Shown: positions 33,407-42,198 of the stretch, one piece after another | How positions within the stretch are numbered: position 1 is the stretch's first letter | How the letters are laid out: each line of letters opens with the position of its first letter | Source of the DNA: an uncultured Nitrososphaerota archaeon | GTDB lineage: Archaea; Thermoproteota; Nitrososphaeria; Nitrososphaerales; CADDZS01 | Reading direction: 5' to 3' | DNA: 64,000 nt | Assembly: GCA_963799845.1 (NCBI GenBank) | Contig: CAWCYI010000004.1 | Coordinates: 1,984,001-2,048,000 of the forward strand | The notes under the pieces: generated by a model | What the model saw: only the letters and a program-made list of their open reading frames with translations | Told to the model about the DNA's origin: nothing | The model's database searches: none | Program-made: the position numbers and the translations under genes

Positions 33407-33673
33407 TTGAACAAACAGTATCTTGTCTGCGGTGCAATTGTCACCATTTTCGGGTCTTTCTTGATACCTATTACATCGTTCCTCAATGGATATCCTATTT
33501 GTTTGTGCTTACAAGTAGGTGGAATCCTGTATCTGACCGTTCTGAGAATTATTGCCTCTCCCCTAATTGTCATTGGAGTGGGATTAATTTTAGTAGGAAT
33601 CTTTTCGTCCGACAAAACCCCTCACCATGTCCTTCTTAAGACAGAATCAGAGGAATCTAAGGAAGAAGTATAG
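33407..33673 (+). CDS. Small 2-TM protein
   Basis: Two hydrophobic helices. Confidence 0.6.
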   Translation: MNKQYLVCGAIVTIFGSFLIPITSFLNGYPICLCLQVGGILYLTVLRIIASPLIVIGVGLILVGIFSSDKTPHHVLLKTESEESKEEV

Positions 33674-33679
33674 TTATCT

Positions 33680-33733
33680 TACTACCTTTCGCTTGTGGAG
33701 AATTTTTCTCGGTCTCTTTCGTGGTCGTTTTTT
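33680..33733 (+). repeat. Repeat family R, copy F (left half)
   Basis: TACTACCTTTCGCT...AATTTTTCTCGGTCTCTTTCGTG after the stop at 33673. Confidence 0.7.
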
Positions 33734-34093
33734 CTATGGACAATTATTTGCGTGTTCATTTGTCGGCGGAGTGGGGCTCACGCAATAGTAGGTTGAATTG
33801 TCATACCAAATCATATAGACAACAGCATTGACTGTGTAATTTGAATCGTAGTAGTATTTGCCCTGAAACAGTATGAGTTTAGCGGTGATAGTCTGATTAA
33901 GTGATGTTATACAAGGGAGTTGCAACGCACCACATGGTATCCCCGCTGTCTCGCCAAAGACAGTAATGTTATTCTTAACCACTACGTAAGTGGACGAGGA
34001 TGATTTTGAATAGTAAAACATCCAAAAGAGAATCCCGATAGCAATCAAAAGCACTACTAGAAGGCTTATCGCAACAACTAGCCTTGTTTGCAT
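33734..34093 (-). CDS. N-anchored small exported protein
   Basis: TM then Cys-containing domain. Confidence 0.72.
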   Translation of the reverse strand: MQTRLVVAISLLVVLLIAIGILFWMFYYSKSSSSTYVVVKNNITVFGETAGIPCGALQLPCITSLNQTITAKLILFQGKYYYDSNYTVNAVVYMIWYDNSTYYCVSPTPPTNEHANNCP

Positions 34094-34125
34094 TTTTTGA
34101 GTATTTGGTGGATTTGAGTGTCGTA

Positions 34126-34169
34126 ATATTTGAGACTATGCAATGACAGGACTGTTCTCACAACGGAAC
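34126..34169 (-). promoter_or_regulatory. Promoter-like repeat P, copy 2 (GTTC-N8-GAAC)
   Basis: Begins 33 bp upstream of the ATG at 34093. Confidence 0.7.
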
Positions 34170-34199
34170 TGGATATCATAGCGTAATTAGGAGCATCTC

Positions 34200-34245
34200 T
34201 GAGGCGAATTTTTCTCGATTTCTTTCGTGTGCTTTTGAGTCGAGC
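34200..34245 (+). repeat. Repeat family R, copy G (core)
   Basis: GAATTTTTCTCGATTTCTTTCGTGTG. Confidence 0.7.
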
Positions 34246-34248
34246 ATA

Positions 34249-34653
34249 TTATTCGATTTCCAATTCTCCATTGATTGTGTCTCCGCTCGTGAAATTCAAA
34301 AAATAGCCAACAAACGTTCCCTTCACAATAGTAACTGGTATTTGGATAGTTACATTCGTAATCTTCCCCGATGGAATCGGAATAGTCGATGTTGATTCTT
34401 TGATTACTAAATTGGTGGTCGTATTGAAGATTTTAACCTCATTCAACGCTGTCTTTGCGTAAGGATTGTTTATCTCAAAGAAGCATTCCTTTGTGGAAGC
34501 AAAGCAAGAGTATTCGGAAAGAGTAGGGATTTGGGGAGGAATAGAATAAGTTCCCCAAGTGAATAACCCGACGGTAACCACGACGGCGACTACAAACACG
34601 CCAAGGGCGATGAAAGAGACTAAAATTGTCTTTGTTATTCCAAGTATTTGCAA
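34249..34653 (-). CDS. N-anchored exported protein (pilin-like layout)
   Basis: Long hydrophobic N-terminus VVAVVVTVGLFTWG followed by a small beta domain. Confidence 0.65.
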   Translation of the reverse strand: MQILGITKTILVSFIALGVFVVAVVVTVGLFTWGTYSIPPQIPTLSEYSCFASTKECFFEINNPYAKTALNEVKIFNTTTNLVIKESTSTIPIPSGKITNVTIQIPVTIVKGTFVGYFLNFTSGDTINGELEIE

Positions 34654-34802
34654 AATTCGGACTTACCCACTTTGAAGAATTTTCAAATCAAATTAAGACG
34701 TATGGAATCCAAATACAGATTCTTTGAATTGCCTCGCTTTGGATGATTACGCTTACCTGTAATCGTACTTCGTTTGATATCATAATTTAGGCATAAATGG
34801 AA

Positions 34803-35372
34803 TCATGTAGTTGTCGTGCTTGTTCCGTTCGGAACAACACAACAAGCGTAATCTATAGACATCTGAGGTATGTCATAGACCTCGGCACTTGAACTAATAT
34901 TCAGAAGTGGCACTGTTACTGTCAGCATGCTAACGGTCTCGTTTCTGGCGAAGGCGCATGTTACGGTTTGATTGCCATAACCAATGAATACGACCACGGT
35001 ATCATTTGGCAGAGTGGTCGTTACGCCATTTACAGTTTGCACTCCGTTACTTTCATTGTAACCGTAGGCAAGAGTATAGGGCGTGTTATTTTCGGCTTGG
35101 ATAAATTTGGGGTAGTATGCTACGCTGAGAGCAAGGTTGTGAATGTATGGTGGATTTGGGCATGCCGTAAGGTTCGTCAGCCCTAGAATCCTTGTGGTCA
35201 CCTTTTGTATCAGAGTAAGAGTGGTTGAGAGACTAATCGTTGAATGGTAAGTCTCAGTTGTTGCAGTGGTTGTAGTTATTTTCGGTAAAGCAAAGTATCC
35301 TACGGTTGTGCCGAGCGTAAGACCAATAATTGCGACTACGATAACGAGGGCAACAACCTGACCTGTTTTCAT
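34803..35372 (-). CDS. N-anchored exported protein, MKTGQVV family
   Basis: TM + TTTTATTET + variable domain. Confidence 0.75.
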   Translation of the reverse strand: MKTGQVVALVIVVAIIGLTLGTTVGYFALPKITTTTATTETYHSTISLSTTLTLIQKVTTRILGLTNLTACPNPPYIHNLALSVAYYPKFIQAENNTPYTLAYGYNESNGVQTVNGVTTTLPNDTVVVFIGYGNQTVTCAFARNETVSMLTVTVPLLNISSSAEVYDIPQMSIDYACCVVPNGTSTTTT

Positions 35373-35408
35373 TTTTCCTTGAATCTATTCGAGGGATTTG
35401 TAATGCCG

Positions 35409-35453
35409 ATATTTGATGCTATCCAATAGCATGGACGTTCTCACAAACAGAAC
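35409..35453 (-). promoter_or_regulatory. Promoter-like repeat P, copy 3 (GTTC-N9-GAAC)
   Basis: Begins 37 bp upstream of the ATG at 35372. Confidence 0.7.
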
Positions 35454-35465
35454 GACAACGAACGC

Positions 35466-36065
35466 TCAATCGACGCAGTAATACTCAGTAATAGATACGA
35501 ACCATCCGCATCCAATTTGATAATTTGAGATATTCGGACTCACAGAGTAAACTGGTAGTCTTACGGCATCTAGTTTTTCATAGTTAGACGGAGAATTTGT
35601 CTGATTGGGATTTCTAATTATGAGATAAATATCATAGGTAAAATTATTCGGCACCTGAACGGTGTAAGTCCCGTTGAATTCTTGTGCGCTGGAAACATCT
35701 AGTGTGCTTTTAGCAGTCCAATTTTCAATATTTGATATGGGAGAACTATAATTCTGATTTCCGCAGAAAGCACTACCAAGGATACCAGTCAAATTACCGT
35801 AGTAACAAACACGGAAACTAATTTCAACTGGCACATAACTTTCCGCTCTGACCGTCCCACTCACCGTGATGATTTTTGGAGAGGACACTGAGGTTATCTT
35901 TGTCGTCGTTACTGATTGAATAATTACGACACTAGACTGGTTTGTAACGGTTTGCGTCAGAGTCGTAGTTTTTCCTGAAGAAACACTGTATCCTAAAGTG
36001 GTGCCGAGAGCGAGAGCAATAATTGCGATTATTATTACGATTGCAACGACTTGTCCTGTTTTCGT
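35466..36065 (-). CDS. N-anchored exported protein, MKTGQVV family (start codon reads ACG)
   Basis: Frame is open upstream of the tracked GTG: (T)KTGQVVAIVIIIAIIALALGTTLGY, matching the 35372 leader. Confidence 0.7.
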   Translation of the reverse strand, partial: TKTGQVVAIVIIIAIIALALGTTLGYSVSSGKTTTLTQTVTNQSSVVIIQSVTTTKITSVSSPKIITVSGTVRAESYVPVEISFRVCYYGNLTGILGSAFCGNQNYSSPISNIENWTAKSTLDVSSAQEFNGTYTVQVPNNFTYDIYLIIRNPNQTNSPSNYEKLDAVRLPVYSVSPNISNYQIGCGWFVSITEYYCVD

Positions 36066-36097
36066 GCTCTTTCCAATTCCAATGATTTCATTAGCCC

Positions 36098-36143
36098 ATA
36101 TTTGAGGCTACGCAATAACAATACTGTTCTTAACGTTAGAAAC
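36098..36143 (-). promoter_or_regulatory. Promoter-like repeat P, copy 4 (GTTC-N9-GAAAC)
   Basis: Begins 33 bp upstream of 36065. Confidence 0.65.
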
Positions 36144-36385
36144 GAAACAAAGGAAAATCAACGCCCTTTTCTCCCCAAACTTTCGAGTCCGCGCGAATGT
36201 CAGAGCCTAGTACTGTGAATCCGTGAGTTTCTAGGACGCGGCAGATCGCGCGGTTGCCCGAGGCAGGATCCCAGACCTCACCCGCGAATGTTTCTTTTCC
36301 AGAAGCTTCTAGACTACAATGCTCGGTGTTCGTAGAAATCTCCCTTCGATCTGCTTTTCTTGAAATTGTGTCCAGCGAACCTCAT
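36136..36385 (-). pseudogene. Truncated phage-type SAM-dependent DNA methyltransferase
   Basis: Hand translation: MRFAG...GDFYE(TP)...ETFAGEVWDPASGNRAICRVLETHGFTVLGSDIR...GVDF, then stops; no NPPF/Y motif. Confidence 0.65.
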
Positions 36386-36427
36386 CGTCTCGCGAGTTTG
36401 ATTTTGGAGTACGCTAATCTGTTTCAA

Positions 36428-37066
36428 CTAGTACTTCTCCCCGAATCTTGGTCTGTATGCCAGAGCTCGATCTTTGTCGCCAGAAGTACCGAGAACTTTC
36501 GCAGTGTTATCCGTGTAGAAATGATGCAGCTCGAAGGGATAGTGATACTGCGGCCCGTGTGTCGTGTGCGGATCTTTCAACGGGTACTGATGCCTGAACG
36601 TCGAGAGGTTAGGTACTCCACCTTCATCGAGCTTAGGGCGGGCTTCGTAAAGAGCAGGTCGAGCCGGCACGGAATCCCAGGTCGGCTGATCGTGCCACGC
36701 TTTCAGAGCTCGCATTGCGGAATCGCTCATGTCGAAGGAAATACTTGCGATCTCAAAGGGCGCGTGGAAATTCTTTCCCTCAAAACGCAGCCAAGCCCAG
36801 GCGAGGTTCACTGTTCCAAATCCCTTCGGTTTCTTCTCTAGCATCTGGACCGCGAAATAATCTCGCTCGGGTTTCGGACGCGGAACAGTCTCTCTGACGA
36901 TCTTCCCCACGTCTTGAAGCTGCTCGTAGAGCTCGGGCAAACTGAGGGGTTCAGGCTCTCCGCGTTTTCGAGTGAATATCCTGAGTCTGCCACTGTGCTT
37001 TTCCATAATCCAAGCTTTGAAAATTACGGTGCGACGAAAAACTGAGGCAGACCTAGTGAAGCTCAA
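36428..37066 (-). CDS. Hypothetical protein
   Basis: Co-oriented member of the 41667-36136 operon; likely start MEKHSG. Confidence 0.6.
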   Translation of the reverse strand: MSFTRSASVFRRTVIFKAWIMEKHSGRLRIFTRKRGEPEPLSLPELYEQLQDVGKIVRETVPRPKPERDYFAVQMLEKKPKGFGTVNLAWAWLRFEGKNFHAPFEIASISFDMSDSAMRALKAWHDQPTWDSVPARPALYEARPKLDEGGVPNLSTFRHQYPLKDPHTTHGPQYHYPFELHHFYTDNTAKVLGTSGDKDRALAYRPRFGEKY

Positions 37067-37081
37067 GCTCGATGATCAAAG

Positions 37082-37381
37082 CTACCTGTTCTTTTTATGC
37101 AAGCTGTCTCGGGCGTTCTTGAAGGCAGTCGTCGCGTCGTCTAAAATCTGCCCCCACTGATTGAACGCAGCTTCATGGCTCTCGTCCTCGACGCGGAAAG
37201 AAAATTTGGGATTAGGGGCGTTGGCAGAGTTGTTTGGTTCGACGAATTCCATAGAGACAACTTTCTTGTCCTTCTTCGTGCTGAAACTGAATGTTATGAG
37301 TACGCCGCGCACTAATTTCGCGGTGATGCAATCCCTCTGAATCGCGTCGTTGTCTCGCAGCTGATCTGTCCTAGAACTCAT
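37082..37381 (-). CDS. Hypothetical protein
   Basis: Overlapping operon gene. Confidence 0.65.
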   Translation of the reverse strand: MSSRTDQLRDNDAIQRDCITAKLVRGVLITFSFSTKKDKKVVSMEFVEPNNSANAPNPKFSFRVEDESHEAAFNQWGQILDDATTAFKNARDSLHKKNR

Positions 37382-37628
37382 ACTTCGCTTTCATCCTCTT
37401 GATTTCTGCCTCGATTGCATCAGAATTTTCTCGCAGCCGTTTCCTGAGTTTCCTCGATTTGTACCCCGCGAGGCTGAGACAAAGTAAGCTCAACCCTTCG
37501 CACATCAACGCCTGATTGTGATTCACCTGTCGGACTTTAGGATCGCTGCTCTGGCGAAAGACTCTCGCCAAAAGCTCAAACTGTTTCGATTGCCGCTTGA
37601 ATTCAAGCTTGTCTTGTTTGCTGACCAT
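37371..37628 (-). CDS. Small basic hypothetical protein
   Basis: Overlapping operon gene. Confidence 0.65.
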   Translation of the reverse strand: MVSKQDKLEFKRQSKQFELLARVFRQSSDPKVRQVNHNQALMCEGLSLLCLSLAGYKSRKLRKRLRENSDAIEAEIKRMKAKYEF

Positions 37629-38070
37629 TGTTATTCTCCTTTAGAGTAACCCTTCCGTGGAAATCCTGTCGGACTGTGTAACTAACATGGCTGCCGTTCT
37701 TCGACTGTTCCAGTACTCGCAGTTTGATCAAATCTTCCAGAGTGTCGCGCAGTTTCGAGCCGCTACTAGCGTATGCGTAGACGTTCTCCAACTGTTTCAC
37801 AACGTCGCTCATGTTGAACCTCTCCTGCGGTAGCTTGTTGTGATAGATCAGTGCGAACACTTTACCTAAAGTGTCAGAGTCGCTCAACTCCCTCGCTGGA
37901 AGATTCTCGGTGAAAATGTAACGCGGAAAACTTTCGACCACGTTGATCTTAGCCGGTACTTCTATCGTCGCACCAGCAGGCGGCAGAGGACCACCTTTCA
38001 GCCTAGCCTCGATCCGGGTGTCGACGAGCTCGTTGATTACTTTCCGCAGCGGATCTATTTCGTATGCCAA
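37603..38070 (-). CDS. Winged-helix-like protein
   Basis: FNMSDVVKQL...KLRDTLEDLIKLRVLEQ...VSYTV wHTH pattern. Confidence 0.6.
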   Translation of the reverse strand: MAYEIDPLRKVINELVDTRIEARLKGGPLPPAGATIEVPAKINVVESFPRYIFTENLPARELSDSDTLGKVFALIYHNKLPQERFNMSDVVKQLENVYAYASSGSKLRDTLEDLIKLRVLEQSKNGSHVSYTVRQDFHGRVTLKENNNGQQTRQA

Positions 38071-38264
38071 TCCAGATCACCGATTGCTGCCAGAATCTCT
38101 TGCGCCTCGCCCGAGAGTTTGTGGATCTTTTCCAGATTTTCTCTGCCTATCTCGGGATGTCGATCTAGTAGAACCTGGGCGATGATCCCGACCATAGATT
38201 GAGACTTGATCATTTCCTTCACCAGCTCCGAGACTGACTTCTCTCGAATGGGTACTGCGCTCAT
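38055..38264 (-). CDS. Small hypothetical protein
   Basis: ATGA-type overlap with the ATPase stop. Confidence 0.6.
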   Translation of the reverse strand: MSAVPIREKSVSELVKEMIKSQSMVGIIAQVLLDRHPEIGRENLEKIHKLSGEAQEILAAIGDLDWHTK

Positions 38265-41200
38265 ATTCCTCTGACCTCTGGATTGAGTTGGTATTTTCCG
38301 TTGACCTTCACGATGAGTCCAATGGTCGTGAGATTAGAGAGTGCGTTCTTGAATCCGCCCGATACCTGGTAGCCAGTAGCTTCCGCAATTTCCTCTCTAC
38401 TGAACCCCTGATCAGGGTTCCTCAGAAGATACTCGTAGATTTTCTGTGGCTGTCCGCCGCCAAGATGTTTGAGCCATTCTTCCAACGCATCTACGCTCGG
38501 TTCTCTGTACTCATCTCCGAGAATTGCGATTATCTCGTTCAAGCGGTCCTCATTGACCGAGAAGCGATTTCCCCTCTGCAAAATGTAGCCCGCTGTTTTC
38601 AGCTTGCTCAAAGAATTCTTGAAGCCGCCTGATGTTGCGCTGTAAATTGTCATCGCCCCGATCTGTTCTCGCGAGAAATCTTTTCCAGGTCGTAATGCGA
38701 GCCACGCTAGGATCTTCCGTTCTGCTTTTCCGAGTTTAGATTCCTCACTGTCCAGTTCATCACTTTGAACAGGCATGGCTTGAACCACAGAGCGAGGCGT
38801 TATGACAGGTTTTGGTGCTTGTATTGGAATCGTTGCCCTAGTTGGAATCGTCTGAGCTTTGACCACTGGCTCAAATGGGATCACCTGCGGAATTTCGGGA
38901 ATCTCGGTCGCGAGAAACCTGTCCGCTTGATCTTTGATCGCAGCACCCTGTTTTCCGATGTTATCTCCGAAGGAACTAACCTGTCTCATAACATCCTTAG
39001 CTTTGAGGAACGCAGTCTGGATCGACTTGAAGCCAGCATTGAATTTCTCGATCATCGCGTTCTGACCTCTCGCGAAATATTCCTCTTGGATCGCCTTAAC
39101 TTTCTCAGGACTCATCGGAGCTTCAAACTGCTGCTGCGCGACCTTCGTTTCCAGATTCTTGTTTTTCATCGTGAGGCTCTGAATTGTGTTCAGGTGTTCG
39201 CGATCTCTAGTACGCAGCTCTCTCAACTCGTCGAGTTTTTTCCTCTTGACCTCGGGGATCTCCTGGAAAGCTTCGAGCTGGGGTTTCACGGCTTCGGGTG
39301 TCGGCGGCGGAATGTAGACCTGACCCGCTTCTTCGGCCTCGGGGTGATGCGTTTGGACCTGACCGACCTTCACCATTCGCAATCCTGAACTGAATATACC
39401 GCCAGAGGCGTAGAAGTACCCTGGCTCAATATTTCTTAATCCCTGCGTCTGCTCTTTGCCCTCTTTCCCGCTGCTAAATCCCAGAATGTCTGCGGCGCGA
39501 TCCTGATCTACATCGGCGTTGGTATTTCCGATCATGTAATTCTTGAGCTCGGCCACCACGTCTTTGCTAAGTTTCGCGAGTCGCTGCGTTGCAAGTACAA
39601 TCGCAAAGCCTCGCTTCCTTCCTTTGCTCGCCAGATCGCGCAGAGCTTGAAGCGAGCTGTCCTCTGGCGATTCCGAGGACGAACCCCTTCTGTGTCCCGA
39701 CTCGGCAGCATAATCGTGGGCTTCATCTATCCAGATCAGGGCCGGATGCCATAATTCCCTCGGGGCATTGACAAGCTGCTCGACAAATCTCGCAACGTAG
39801 ATCTGTCGCTCGGTAACTTTCAATTCGGAAATATCTACAATTAGAGAAGCTTTGGTCCGTAGAGCAGTTAGGGCGAGTGCGTCAGCGGTATTGGGATCCG
39901 CCTCAATGTCTCCCATTAACTTTCCGTCGTCATCGCGCTCGGCGGTCGCGAGGACAAAACCGAATTTCTCTCTGAGACTGGAAAACTCTCCCTCGGGATC
40001 GATTATGATCTGCTGGACGTATCCGAAGAAGAGCTCCATCAGCATCCGCATTAACCAAGAATTGTGTACAAAGATTCCATTTGCGTAGAAGTTTTCGTTG
40101 TCCTCAACTGTCAGGTCGTACACGAAATCTGTCGTCGATGGGAGTTTTTCCACTTCTGTAATTTCATCCCAGTACACGTCCGAATAGGCAAGCCGTTTGA
40201 TGCTGCTCAGTTGCAACTCCTCGACTATGTTTTGTAGTCGCCTTCGTCCTATTACTCCTGTTTGAACAGCCCCATCGATAGAACCGATTGGAGTCCACAC
40301 TGGATTGCCCTTAACATATCGCCCCCGTGAATCGAGCTCTTGCTTTGCATCTTGATACAATTTTGGAGTTGCTGGAATTACGTCGAGAGAATCATACTGC
40401 CAGGGTGAATCTTCGTGGAGAAGTTTCATTCTCCCGCCGATAGTTTCTAGGAATCTGTCGTATGATTCGCCCGAGAACGCTGCTCTATGGTATGGTGTGC
40501 CTCCGACAATCTTGGGTTTTAGATTCAATCGAGCTACGATGCCAAAGCGAAGCAGTAGAACAGCAATATCGGGTTTCAATTTTTGGCTCTTGGTAACATA
40601 TTCGATTGAATGGTGCTTCTTGCCTCTTGGATAGCCGTCGCCGTCAAAGTATCCCTGTAACAGACCCACACAGAATTCATCAGGCGCGTTAAGTACCCAA
40701 TTCGGTATTTTCTTGTTGCTAGATCCCGAACCGAATTGCTCGCTGATCCAATTTGCGAAAGAAATGCCAAAGATTGCAGCCTGACCGTTTCGCCCTGTTG
40801 AGTGAAAGCCGAGACTTTCACCAAAAGTTTTGACGCGATCTAATGTTTCCTGATTATTCTGAGTAACGTACGTTCCCCCGTGATGGACATGCCCTTCTGC
40901 CAGGTAGATGCCACAGAAGTAACCGAATTCGAGATCGAGCTGTAACTTTCTTTGTAAAATCTGGTGAGTGGCAAAATGTCCCTTCTGCGTCCACAAGTCG
41001 GCATTAATCTCTCTAATTGGCTCAGATGAAGGTAGAGATCTGGGAAGTGGAAAACACATTCCCTTTGACAGCTCACTTCCTTTGATCGCCACCCAATCAT
41101 TTTCTCTGAATACGAGAAAGCTATGATCATCTGTTCCAGTTACGACCCGACCCGATCTGGTGTGGACTCGGACGAGATTGTTAGGCGATTTGTGTTTTTG

Positions 41201-41545
41201 TACGGCGAGAACTCGTTTCCACTCTACCTTCAATTCATGGCTGAGCGAAAGCGTCTTGATCTCTGAATGGCGTGGATAAATCTCCGAGGCGAAAGCTTCC
41301 ATAGTAGTTAGGCGAATCTCTCCGTCGATGTTCAATAGAAGCTCGCTGTCGCCTGTTACGGACTTACCACCGCCACTTGAGGCTTCGATGATCATGCGAG
41401 TCTTGATCAGTTTGGGAAGGTCGATGGTCGCCTTTCCGTCCTCTTTGTAGTGCTGCTTTCCCTTCGAGTCAGTCTCGGTCTGTTCGACCCAGGTACCGAA
41501 ATCGAAGTACTGTTTGGATCGCTGCGATGTTTTCTGTGCGCTCAA
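38261..41545 (-). CDS. HerA/FtsK-superfamily (DUF87-like) ATPase with intein, coiled coil and two C-terminal wHTH domains
   Basis: Spliced Walker A ASSGGGKS; IIDPEGEF; Walker B WIDEAH; GRKRG; ATQR. Confidence 0.88.
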   Translation of the reverse strand: MSAQKTSQRSKQYFDFGTWVEQTETDSKGKQHYKEDGKATIDLPKLIKTRMIIEASSGGGKSVTGDSELLLNIDGEIRLTTMEAFASEIYPRHSEIKTLSLSHELKVEWKRVLAVQKHKSPNNLVRVHTRSGRVVTGTDDHSFLVFRENDWVAIKGSELSKGMCFPLPRSLPSSEPIREINADLWTQKGHFATHQILQRKLQLDLEFGYFCGIYLAEGHVHHGGTYVTQNNQETLDRVKTFGESLGFHSTGRNGQAAIFGISFANWISEQFGSGSSNKKIPNWVLNAPDEFCVGLLQGYFDGDGYPRGKKHHSIEYVTKSQKLKPDIAVLLLRFGIVARLNLKPKIVGGTPYHRAAFSGESYDRFLETIGGRMKLLHEDSPWQYDSLDVIPATPKLYQDAKQELDSRGRYVKGNPVWTPIGSIDGAVQTGVIGRRRLQNIVEELQLSSIKRLAYSDVYWDEITEVEKLPSTTDFVYDLTVEDNENFYANGIFVHNSWLMRMLMELFFGYVQQIIIDPEGEFSSLREKFGFVLATAERDDDGKLMGDIEADPNTADALALTALRTKASLIVDISELKVTERQIYVARFVEQLVNAPRELWHPALIWIDEAHDYAAESGHRRGSSSESPEDSSLQALRDLASKGRKRGFAIVLATQRLAKLSKDVVAELKNYMIGNTNADVDQDRAADILGFSSGKEGKEQTQGLRNIEPGYFYASGGIFSSGLRMVKVGQVQTHHPEAEEAGQVYIPPPTPEAVKPQLEAFQEIPEVKRKKLDELRELRTRDREHLNTIQSLTMKNKNLETKVAQQQFEAPMSPEKVKAIQEEYFARGQNAMIEKFNAGFKSIQTAFLKAKDVMRQVSSFGDNIGKQGAAIKDQADRFLATEIPEIPQVIPFEPVVKAQTIPTRATIPIQAPKPVITPRSVVQAMPVQSDELDSEESKLGKAERKILAWLALRPGKDFSREQIGAMTIYSATSGGFKNSLSKLKTAGYILQRGNRFSVNEDRLNEIIAILGDEYREPSVDALEEWLKHLGGGQPQKIYEYLLRNPDQGFSREEIAEATGYQVSGGFKNALSNLTTIGLIVKVNGKYQLNPEVRGI
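40061..41362 (-). mobile_element. Intein (434 aa) with LAGLIDADG homing endonuclease; Ser at position 1
   Basis: SVTGD...; block B TDDHSF; GIYLAEG and GYFDGDG; VYDLTV...FVHN|S. Confidence 0.92.
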
Positions 41546-41667
41546 GAGGTCTGCACCCTATTCTTTTCAATGTCGATCTTCTTGCCGCAATCAGGACAGG
41601 TCGCTCGGGTGGTGTTACTGCCCCCGTAATTCCACTCGTGGCCGCAGTTTGGACAGCGTAGCTCCAT
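41542..41667 (-). CDS. Small Zn-ribbon protein (CPNC...CPDC)
   Basis: MELRCPNCGHEWNYGG...ATCPDCGKK; type common in archaeal viruses and plasmids. Confidence 0.75.
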   Translation of the reverse strand: MELRCPNCGHEWNYGGSNTTRATCPDCGKKIDIEKNRVQTS

Positions 41668-41723
41668 TCGACTACTACAACTACGACTACGAACCATGCT
41701 TTCCCTTATAACGTAAGGCAGGG

Positions 41724-41732
41724 TGTCGTACA
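41724..41732 (+). promoter_or_regulatory. TGTCGTACA motif
   Basis: Ends 34 bp before the ATG at 41766. Confidence 0.6.
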
Positions 41733-41765
41733 TTTCCCCAAATTCTGTTTTAGATTCAGAGACTT

Positions 41766-42155
41766 ATGGAAAAGTCCTCAAAGCGAGTCATAGGTGTCGT
41801 CGGCATCGCACTACTCCTGGCGTTAGCTTTCCTGTTCCTCAACATCTGGGGGCTTCTGCTCATTGCGATAGGCGCAGTGTTCGGAGCTAGGAAGTGGGGA
41901 TACAAAGGATCAGCACTTTCAACGTTGGTCCTATTCATCATAGGATTCGGCATCTTCGCCCTAAGTGTCGCCATCACATCGCTCGCTGCAACGCCTTTAC
42001 TGGCATGGTTCTCCGTGAGTGGAGTGTTCCTGAATTGGTTCCACGCGGCGGTCGCTGTACTGCTCGTGCTGGTACTGACCTTCGGGATCGTTCTCAGCTT
42101 CAGATTCAACTATGTCGGCTATTGGTTCGGCAAACAATACTTGAAAGCAATGTAA
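41766..42155 (+). CDS. Small multi-pass membrane protein
   Basis: Four hydrophobic segments. Confidence 0.7.
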   Translation: MEKSSKRVIGVVGIALLLALAFLFLNIWGLLLIAIGAVFGARKWGYKGSALSTLVLFIIGFGIFALSVAITSLAATPLLAWFSVSGVFLNWFHAAVAVLLVLVLTFGIVLSFRFNYVGYWFGKQYLKAM

Positions 42156-42198
42156 CAGCCTCGTCGCAGCGAACCCGATAAGGCTACCTTTCTTTTTT

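Larger units (their letters stand above)
28560..36155. mobile_element. AT-richer array of about 13 small exported/membrane genes with recurrent intergenic repeats (cassette-like island)
   Basis: Visible compositional shift, mixed gene orientation, two repeat families, truncated methyltransferase at the right edge. Confidence 0.65.

Noticed and set aside
30387-36143. Repeats as a CRISPR array
   Set aside because: Copies are diverged, 45-90 bp long and separated by whole genes; no cas genes seen.
36254-36841. Long antisense/shadow ORFs (e.g. 36254+, 38765+, 62387+, 45954-)
   Set aside because: They lie opposite better-supported genes and show no motifs.
41668-41733. Longer N-terminus for the Zn-ribbon gene (start 41733)
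   Set aside because: The extension covers a TTATAA box, the ACT tract and the TGTCGTACA site; ATG at 41667 is more plausible.
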